Positions 15,587 through 22,698 of a stretch of 24,000 bases of DNA are shown in pieces. The position numbers and the translations under genes are program-made. Location of the stretch: positions 1 through 24,000 of the forward strand of contig JADFGZ010000020.1 of assembly GCA_022567475.1 (NCBI GenBank). The letters run 5' to 3'. Origin of the DNA: Acidobacteriota bacterium. Lineage in GTDB: Bacteria > Acidobacteriota > Terriglobia > 2-12-FULL-54-10. How positions within the stretch are numbered: the stretch's first letter is position 1; each line of letters opens with the position of its first letter. Below the pieces are notes generated by a model. It did no database searches and was not told where the DNA came from. It saw nothing but the letters and a program-made list of their open reading frames with translations.

Positions 15587-16330
15587 TCATCTCTGAAAGG
15601 CCTCGGGGATTTTATAGAGGTAGATAAAGTGGGTGCCGCCGCCGACCTGGACGGCTTCGTCCTGCGAGGACCGCCAGCGGGGTATGCGAATGTCGTGCAC
15701 AATTACCCTGGTGCCGGGGCGGAGTTCTTTTTCAAGCTTCGGGCGCAATTTTTCATTGGCTCCCGGCAACAGGTAAACAGCCACAACCGTCGCAGGCCTT
15801 ATATCCGTTTGCAACAGGTCGCCCTGAATGATGCTCACCAATCCACCCAGGTTCCGCTCCCGTATCTTCGCGGTCGATTCCTCCACCAGGAGGCGGTCCA
15901 ACTCCACCCCCACGGCCTTGGCGCCATACTTTTCAGCCGCCATGATGACGATCCGTCCGTCGCCCGAGCCCAGGTCATACACCACGTCGCTGGATGTGAC
16001 CTGCGCCACTTCCAGCATCTTCTCGACCACCTGCATGGGAGTGGCGACAAAGGGCGCCAGGCGTTCTGCCCGCCGCGTGCGGGCGGAGGAAGGGCTCTCG
16101 GTTTCCTTTGCCGTCTCGGTTTCCGAAGCAGAGGTCGCTGAGCGCCGGCGATTGAAGGGCCAATCGTCGTTGGTGTAGACACGCTTGGGTTCGGTGGAAT
16201 CTTCTTGTGCATGCGCCACGCTGGGCTCACCCGTCTTCATCTGGAGAATCTCGGAGGGCAGCAAGCCCCAGAGCAGCAAGAAACTCACCAGGATCGCGCC
16301 AATCGCCCATCTCAATACCGCCATAAACAT
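15587..16330 (-). CDS. Membrane-anchored class I SAM-dependent methyltransferase (FAM173/ATPSCKMT-like, putative protein-lysine MTase)
   Basis: 247 aa. It has an N-terminal TM helix (AIGAILVSFLLLWGLL) and an S/T/E-rich linker. The MTase core is PFVATPMQVVEKML...VYDLGSGDGRIVIMAA...AVGVELD...KLEKELRPGTRVIV...IPRW. The start may be the Met 2 codons downstream (16324). Confidence 0.85.
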   Translation of the reverse strand: MFMAVLRWAIGAILVSFLLLWGLLPSEILQMKTGEPSVAHAQEDSTEPKRVYTNDDWPFNRRRSATSASETETAKETESPSSARTRRAERLAPFVATPMQVVEKMLEVAQVTSSDVVYDLGSGDGRIVIMAAEKYGAKAVGVELDRLLVEESTAKIRERNLGGLVSIIQGDLLQTDIRPATVVAVYLLPGANEKLRPKLEKELRPGTRVIVHDIRIPRWRSSQDEAVQVGGGTHFIYLYKIPEAFQR

Positions 16331-16354
16331 CCCCCTATGGAGCCGTCCGAATTA

Positions 16355-18223
16355 TCAATCATCACCGGTAACAGCAACTTCCTGGTCCTTGTATTGCAAT
16401 TGGTAAAGCTTCCAGTAAATGCCTCGCTGTGCGAGCAGTTGTTGATGCGGTCCGGCCTCGCGGATTTTTCCCTTGTGCAGCACCACAATGCGGTCGGCCC
16501 GCTGAATGGTAGAAAGCCTGTGGGCAATCACCACCGAGGTTCGCCCGCTGACCATGCGCTGCAAAGCCTCCCGAAGGCGGAATTCCGTTTCCGTATCGAC
16601 GCTCGATGTCGCCTCATCCAGAATCAGTATCTGTGGATTGTGAGCCAGCGCGCGGGCAAAACTGATGAGCTGCTTTTGCCCCACCGAAAGCGTGCTGCCG
16701 CGCTCGCGCACCTCTTCCTGGTAACCTTGCGGAAGCGACCGGATGAATTCGCCGAGGTTCACCTCTTCAATTGCGTCCTCCATAGCCTCCTGGTCCACAG
16801 TATCGGAGCCCAGGCGGATGTTGCTCTCAATCGTTCCTGAGAACAAAAACGGGTCCTGGAGCACCACGCCGAAACGCCGCCGCAGCTCGGTCAAGTTCTG
16901 GTCCCGCACATCCACGCCGTCCACCAGCACCTGGCCTCGCTGGACGTCGTAGAAACGCAGCAGCAAGCTTGTCAAGGTGGTCTTGCCGGCGCCGGTGTGG
17001 CCCACCACGGCGATTGTCTCGCCCGGCTCGATTTTCAAGTTGATATCCTGGAGCACCCAATTGGGTTCCTCTCCTTCTTGCTGGCCGGTGTAGGCGAACC
17101 AGACATTCCGGAACTCCAGACTCCCGCTCGCCTCCGGGGCAAGTTTCGGAGACGAAGACTCCCGGGGCGATTCGATTTCAACCGGGGTGTCCAGCAACTT
17201 AAAAATACGCTCGGAGCTGGCCATCGCTCCCTGCAAGATGTTGTACTTTTCACTGAGGTCCTGGATGGGCCGGAAAAACCGCTGCGCGTATTGGATGAAT
17301 GCAACCAGGATGCCGAGGGTCAGCGTCTCTCCCAGCACCCGCTGCCCTCCGTACCAGATGATCAGCGCGATGGCGGTGGAGCTGAGCACCTCGACGGCGG
17401 GGTAAAACAGCGAGTGCGCGAAGACGGAGTCGAGGAACGCCCGCTTGTGGATGCGGTTGATCTTTTCAAACTCGGCGAAACTCTTCGCCTCGCGGTTGAA
17501 CAGTTGCACCACGCTCATTCCCGTCAGGTGCTCCTGGAGGTGAGCATTCATCCGGGCCAGCGCCACCCGGATGCGGCGGTAACATCCGCGGACGACCCGG
17601 CGAAAAAGGAAGGTGGCCACGAAAATCAGCGGCAGCACGGAAAAGGTGACCAGCGCCAGGGCGGCGTTCATCTGCAGCATCACGGCAAGGATAAAGACCA
17701 GCGTCAAGAAATCGCCGAAGATGGCCACTACGCCGGAGGTGAACATTTCGTTCAGAACGTCCACATCCGTGGTGGCGCGCGTCAGCAGGCGTCCGACGGG
17801 ATTGCGGTCGAAAAACTGGATGTGGAGCCGCTGCAAGTGGCGGAAGATCTCCATGCGCAGGTCGGCCATGGCGCGCTGGCCGACCCTGTGCATGTAGTAG
17901 GTCTGCGCATACTCCAGCGCAAACAGCAGCACCAGGGTCAGTATGTAGAGCCCGGCGATCTGGGTTAACCCTGTCAGGTAGTTGTCGCTGAGCAAAGAAT
18001 CCAGAAACGTGGGCTGGCGCTCGGTGGTCACCAGATACCGGTCCACGGCAACTTTCGTCAGAAAGGGACCGACCACCTGGAGCAGGGAATGGAAAATCAT
18101 CGCCACCGAAGCCGCCATGACGATTGCCCGGTAGGGAAACAGGTACCGCAACAGGCGCTTCATCAGCCTGCTATCGTAAGCCTTGCCCAGGATCTCTTCT
18201 TCGTGATGATCTTGCTTGGTCAA
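16355..18223 (-). CDS. ABC exporter half-transporter (TMD-NBD), consensus-site subunit
   Basis: 622 aa with a TTG start and six predicted TM stretches. Walker A is GHTGAGKTT and Walker B is ILILDEATS, with the catalytic Glu. The signature is the non-canonical LSVGQKQL. The H-loop is VIAHR. Confidence 0.93.
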   Translation of the reverse strand: MTKQDHHEEEILGKAYDSRLMKRLLRYLFPYRAIVMAASVAMIFHSLLQVVGPFLTKVAVDRYLVTTERQPTFLDSLLSDNYLTGLTQIAGLYILTLVLLFALEYAQTYYMHRVGQRAMADLRMEIFRHLQRLHIQFFDRNPVGRLLTRATTDVDVLNEMFTSGVVAIFGDFLTLVFILAVMLQMNAALALVTFSVLPLIFVATFLFRRVVRGCYRRIRVALARMNAHLQEHLTGMSVVQLFNREAKSFAEFEKINRIHKRAFLDSVFAHSLFYPAVEVLSSTAIALIIWYGGQRVLGETLTLGILVAFIQYAQRFFRPIQDLSEKYNILQGAMASSERIFKLLDTPVEIESPRESSSPKLAPEASGSLEFRNVWFAYTGQQEGEEPNWVLQDINLKIEPGETIAVVGHTGAGKTTLTSLLLRFYDVQRGQVLVDGVDVRDQNLTELRRRFGVVLQDPFLFSGTIESNIRLGSDTVDQEAMEDAIEEVNLGEFIRSLPQGYQEEVRERGSTLSVGQKQLISFARALAHNPQILILDEATSSVDTETEFRLREALQRMVSGRTSVVIAHRLSTIQRADRIVVLHKGKIREAGPHQQLLAQRGIYWKLYQLQYKDQEVAVTGDD

Positions 18224-18264
18224 TCCAACCTGCCTTCAAAAGGAGACGCCGTGCCCGGAGGAAA

Positions 18265-20097
18265 TCAGGCCCGCTCCAATTCTTCTTCCAGCAACTGCCT
18301 CTGATAAAGCTCCTGGTAATAGGAGCCGTTTCCGAGAAGCTCCTGATGCGTGCCGCGCTCCACGATGGAGCCTTCGCGAAGCACCACGATCTGATCGGCT
18401 CCGCGAACCGTGGAGATGCGATGAGAAATGAGAACCGTGGTCCGGCCTCGCATCACTGACGCCAGACGGTTGAGGATGATCTCCTCGGTGTAGGTATCGA
18501 CGCTCGAAAGCGCATCGTCGAGAACCAGAATCTTCGGGTTGCGCAACACAGCCCTGGCAATGGCGGTCCGCTGCTTCTGGCCGCCGGAAAGGGTAATGCC
18601 GCGCTCGCCCACGATGGTTCCAAACTTCATGGGAAAGTCTTCCACATCGGAAAGCAGGCCGCCGATTTCGGCAGCGTGCTGAATCTGGCCGTCTGTAGCG
18701 TTGTTCACACCAAAGGCGATGTTTTCCCGAATCGTCTCGCTAAACAGAAAAGTTTCCTGCTGCACGAAACCAATCATCCGGCGCAGTTCCTCCAGCCGGT
18801 AGTCGCGGATATCTTTTCCGTCCAGATACACGCTGCCCGGAGGAGCTTCGTAGAGGCGGGGGATCAAATGCACCAAAGTGGATTTACCGCTGCCGGTGGG
18901 GCCGACGATAGCCAGGGTACTGCCCGCAGGGATCGTCAAGTCAACCTGGTGAAGCACCTGCCGGCCGTTGTAGGAGAAGGAAAGATTGCGGAACTCAATG
19001 TCCACGCCGCGCACTTCCTCCCTTTTGCCGTCGCCGTCCGATCCGGTTGCGGACCGGACCGGCAGGGGTTCGGCAGTTTGCGAGACGGCAAGCTCGGAGG
19101 GCGCCAGGCGGAGGTCCGGACGGTCGGCAATTTCCGGCTCCTCCGTTAAAATCTGATTCAAGCGGCCCAGAGAAGCTGTGCCCCGCTGAAAAAGGTTCAC
19201 GACCCACCCCATGGCGATCATGGGCCACGTAAGCTGCCCCATGTATGCGTTGAAAGCGACAAAGGAGCCGATAGTAATGTTCCCGTTCACCACCTCGCGG
19301 CCTCCCATCCAGAGGACCATCACGTAGGTGAGCCCCAGCAAAACTTCGAGCGACGGATAGAACATGCCCCAGAGACGGACGAGTCTCATGTTTTGGGCGA
19401 CATACTCTTCATTGGCTTCCTGGAAGCGCGCAATCTCCGCTTCCTCCTGCGCATAGGCGCGAACAACACGAATGCCGGCCAAGCTTTCCTGGACTTTCGC
19501 GCTCAAGGTGGAGAGCAGGGCCTGAATGCTTTCAAAACGCTCATGGATCCGGCGTCCGAAAAACACCACCACCCCCACGACCACAGGCATCAGCAGGAAA
19601 CAATAGAAAGTCAGCTTGGGACTGATGCTGAGCATGATGCCCAGCGCCGCCAGCAGCGTGACGACGGTGTTCAGCGAATACATGATGCCGGGCCCCAGAA
19701 GCATCCGCACGGCATTCATGTCATTCGTGGCGCGGGACATCAGGTCGCCCGTGCGGTTTCGTTGAAAGTAGGTGAGCGAAAGCCGGTTCAGATGGCGGTA
19801 CAGATCGTTGCGCAGATCGTACTCCGCCTCCCGCGAGATGCCGATCAGAATGATCCGCTTCCAAAAAAGAAAGAAGGCCTTGCCCAGCGCAGCGACCACC
19901 AGCCAGCGGATGTAGAGAACCAGCTTGTCAGCCGTCGCGCCCTGCTGGAGGTCATCGATCGCATACTTGATGATCATGGGGATGGCCAGCCAGAAGGCGA
20001 CGTCGCAGAGCAGGACCCCGAAGCCTATCAAATACCGCCGCCGGTAGCGCCACAGGTAGGGGTAGAGTGGCTGGAGTCGTTTTGCGATCGAGATCAT
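18265..20097 (-). CDS. ABC exporter half-transporter (TMD-NBD), degenerate-site subunit
   Basis: 610 aa. Walker A is GPTGSGKST and the signature is the canonical LSGGQKQR. Walker B is ILVLDDALS, with Asp replacing the catalytic Glu. The H-loop is LISHR. Confidence 0.93.
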   Translation of the reverse strand: MISIAKRLQPLYPYLWRYRRRYLIGFGVLLCDVAFWLAIPMIIKYAIDDLQQGATADKLVLYIRWLVVAALGKAFFLFWKRIILIGISREAEYDLRNDLYRHLNRLSLTYFQRNRTGDLMSRATNDMNAVRMLLGPGIMYSLNTVVTLLAALGIMLSISPKLTFYCFLLMPVVVGVVVFFGRRIHERFESIQALLSTLSAKVQESLAGIRVVRAYAQEEAEIARFQEANEEYVAQNMRLVRLWGMFYPSLEVLLGLTYVMVLWMGGREVVNGNITIGSFVAFNAYMGQLTWPMIAMGWVVNLFQRGTASLGRLNQILTEEPEIADRPDLRLAPSELAVSQTAEPLPVRSATGSDGDGKREEVRGVDIEFRNLSFSYNGRQVLHQVDLTIPAGSTLAIVGPTGSGKSTLVHLIPRLYEAPPGSVYLDGKDIRDYRLEELRRMIGFVQQETFLFSETIRENIAFGVNNATDGQIQHAAEIGGLLSDVEDFPMKFGTIVGERGITLSGGQKQRTAIARAVLRNPKILVLDDALSSVDTYTEEIILNRLASVMRGRTTVLISHRISTVRGADQIVVLREGSIVERGTHQELLGNGSYYQELYQRQLLEEELERA

Positions 20098-20281
20098 GTT
20101 GAATGCACGCCGTTGTTTTCTCAGGCTGTTCAGAAACGATTATAAGAGACGCTGCGAAGGCGGTGTTAGGATAATTTGCGTCCGGTTCCGCCGAGTGCAC
20201 AATCGTGTTCCTTCGTGGGAATTCGCCGCCCCTCGGATATAATCCCGAATGGAGTCCTGGTGGATTCCTTCTGGATCATGC

Positions 20282-20298
20282 TGTCTACATGGTAGACA
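20282..20298. promoter_or_regulatory. Perfect 7-3-7 palindrome TGTCTAC-atg-GTAGACA in the ABC/nagZ divergent intergenic region
   Basis: Seen directly in the sequence. It lies 31 nt upstream of the nagZ ATG and ~45 nt downstream of a TATAAT at 20234-20239. It is a candidate dimeric transcription-factor operator. Confidence 0.4.
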
Positions 20299-20328
20299 CA
20301 TGGTTGTGCGCATTTTCTGGTTCTGCTC

Positions 20329-21459
20329 ATGCTCACTCTTTCCGAACAAGTGGGACAGCTTCTCACCATCGGTTTTGAAGGCGACTGCTGGAATCGCGGC
20401 CTCGAAGCTTTGCTGCGCCGCATCAGCCCCGGCGGGGTGATTTTTTTCTCTCGTAATATCAAGACCGCTCCGGAGTTTCATAGTTTAGCTGGGCAGATTC
20501 GCCAGCACTTGAAGACACCGCCTTTCCTCGCCATCGATATGGAAGGCGGCCAAGTGGACCGCTTGCGAGACGCACTGGCTCCATTGCCCGCTGTTCGCGA
20601 GGTTGCGCGGGCCGGCATGGCAGCCGACATGGGCAAAATGGCGGGCAGGGAACTGGCGGCATTCTCCCTGAACGTTGACTTCGCGCCCGTGCTCGATTTG
20701 ACAAGCACCGAGTCAGAGGACGTGTTGGGCAATCGCACGGCAGGGAACTCGCCCGAGGCGGTGATCCGCTTCGCGGAGGAATTTCTTGCGGGACTTGCCG
20801 AATCGGGAGTCACGGGCTGCGGAAAACATTTTCCCGGCCTGGGTGGCGGACAAAAAGATTCTCACCGGGAACTGCCTTGCATCCGCAAGGCGGAAGCAGA
20901 CTTGTGGCAGCAAGACTTGCTTCCGTTTCGCGCCCTGGCCGCAAAGCTCCCCATGGTGATGGTGTCGCACGCCTCCTACCCCGAACTGGAGGGCGCACCC
21001 TCGGATGCCGCCGCGAAGGCAGACAGCCCGCTTCCCGCGAGCCTCTCACACGCAATCATCACCGGGTTGCTGAAGGAGCGAATCGGATTTCAGGGCTTGG
21101 TCTTGTCCGATGACTTGGAGATGGGCGCCATTCTGCGGCATCGAACGATTGCAGAGGCTGCCGTCGAGGCAGTACGGGCCGGTTGTGACGGTATCCTGGT
21201 CTGCCGCCACGCGAGCAACGTCCAGAAAGCATTTGACGCGCTTTGCCAGGAAGCTGGCCGCGACGAAAACTTCCGTGCCCTGGTGGAACTGGCTTCGAAA
21301 AAAGTCCTGACGACTAAAAAGGATTTGCTGAGAGCAGAGCCGCCAGCGGCTTCCACTCCCCCGCATTGGGATCTCCTGCGGCGCGAGATCAGGGAGTTCG
21401 CCGCCGCTGTCGAACGGCGACTCACTGCTAATCCCGCCGGGAAGGAAGGTGGCAGGTGA
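20329..21459 (+). CDS. nagZ: Beta-N-acetylhexosaminidase (GH3), peptidoglycan recycling
   Basis: 376 aa. The motifs are QVGQLLTIGFEG, AIDMEGGQVDRL, NVDFAPVLDL, GKHFPGLGGGQKDSH and LVLSDDLEM, the last containing the GH3 NagZ catalytic Asp region. Confidence 0.92.
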   Translation: MLTLSEQVGQLLTIGFEGDCWNRGLEALLRRISPGGVIFFSRNIKTAPEFHSLAGQIRQHLKTPPFLAIDMEGGQVDRLRDALAPLPAVREVARAGMAADMGKMAGRELAAFSLNVDFAPVLDLTSTESEDVLGNRTAGNSPEAVIRFAEEFLAGLAESGVTGCGKHFPGLGGGQKDSHRELPCIRKAEADLWQQDLLPFRALAAKLPMVMVSHASYPELEGAPSDAAAKADSPLPASLSHAIITGLLKERIGFQGLVLSDDLEMGAILRHRTIAEAAVEAVRAGCDGILVCRHASNVQKAFDALCQEAGRDENFRALVELASKKVLTTKKDLLRAEPPAASTPPHWDLLRREIREFAAAVERRLTANPAGKEGGR

Positions 21460-21504
21460 AGAAAATACAGAGGGGCGCATGCTGGTAGCTGGACAGGGGG
21501 AGCG

Positions 21505-22698
21505 ATGCTGGTAGCTGGAATGATGAGCGGGACCTCAGCCGACGGCATCGACGTGGCGCTGGCGGAGATCACAGGACTGGAATGGAAGACGCGCATTCGT
21601 CTTCGCGCCTCCCGCTTCGTGCCCTATCCGCCTGATGTCCGCCACCGAATCCTGGCAATTTCCGGCGGTGCTCTCGTGCCGGCGTCGGAGCTGTCGCAGA
21701 TGAACTTTCTGCTGGGAGAACTTTTTGCGCGCGCCTGCCTGCATGTGTGCCGCCGGTCCGGCATCGGAAAAGGAAGGCTTCGCCTGATTGGCTCCCACGG
21801 ACAGACTGTGTACCACCAGAACGCGGCATCCCGTTTCTGCGGGCTTCGGGTTCAATCCACCCTGCAAATCGGCGAACCTGCCGTGATCGCGGAGCGCACC
21901 GGCGTCACCACCATCGGCGACTTCCGCACGGCGGACGTGGCCGCCGGAGGGCGCGGCGCGCCGCTGGTTCCCTATCTCGACTACCTGCTCTACCGGCATC
22001 CCCGGCGAGGCAGGGTAGCCGTGAACATCGGAGGCATCGCCAACCTCACCGCCATTCCTGCGCGTGGAGGGCCCGAAGAAGTGATCGCCTTCGATACCGG
22101 CCCCGGCAACATGTTGCTCGACGCCCTCGCCGAGCGCGCCACGAAAGGGAAGCTGCGATACGATCCGGCTGGAAGGATGGCGGCCCGGGGGGAAATCTCC
22201 GAGACCGTGGTCCGCCGCCTGCTGCGGCATGCCTATTTTCGCCTGCCGCCGCCGAAGACCACCGGGCGGGAACAATTCGGACGGGACTACTTGAAGCGAT
22301 TTCTTGCATCGGGCAGATTCCATTCTTCCCAAGACGCCCTGGCGACGGCTGCGGCCCTGACGGCGGAATCGATTGCATACGGCGTTAAAAAATTTGTCCT
22401 GCCGAAGTTTTCTGTCGCCGATTGCATTGTGTCCGGCGGGGGAGTAAAGAATCTTTTCCTGATGAAAGAGCTTCGGCGGCGGCTTTGTGCAGACCAGGAC
22501 GCGGGCCAGGAAAAAGGAAGCGGCGGCATGCGGGTCCTCACCTCGGACGCGACCGGCATCCCGGCAGACGGCAAGGAGGCGATAGCCTTTGCCGTGCTGG
22601 CCTATCACACGCTGCACAGGTGGCCTTCCAGCCTTGCTTCTGCCACGGGAGCGCGCCATCCGGCAATTCTGGGAAAGGTGGTCTATGGGAAACAATAG
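21505..22698 (+). CDS. anmK: Anhydro-N-acetylmuramic acid kinase
   Basis: 397 aa. The N-terminal GMMSGTSADGIDVAL is the AnmK signature, followed by HGQTVYH and FDTGPGNMLLD. Confidence 0.93.
   Translation: MLVAGMMSGTSADGIDVALAEITGLEWKTRIRLRASRFVPYPPDVRHRILAISGGALVPASELSQMNFLLGELFARACLHVCRRSGIGKGRLRLIGSHGQTVYHQNAASRFCGLRVQSTLQIGEPAVIAERTGVTTIGDFRTADVAAGGRGAPLVPYLDYLLYRHPRRGRVAVNIGGIANLTAIPARGGPEEVIAFDTGPGNMLLDALAERATKGKLRYDPAGRMAARGEISETVVRRLLRHAYFRLPPPKTTGREQFGRDYLKRFLASGRFHSSQDALATAAALTAESIAYGVKKFVLPKFSVADCIVSGGGVKNLFLMKELRRRLCADQDAGQEKGSGGMRVLTSDATGIPADGKEAIAFAVLAYHTLHRWPSSLASATGARHPAILGKVVYGKQ

Noticed and set aside
14271-20145. Plus-strand ORFs opposite the minus-strand cluster (14271..15296, 15437..16141, 16997..17968, 19393..20145)
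   Set aside because: The minus-strand products have a signal peptide, MTase motifs and complete ABC Walker/signature motifs. The plus-strand ORFs are H/R/G/Q-rich shadows.
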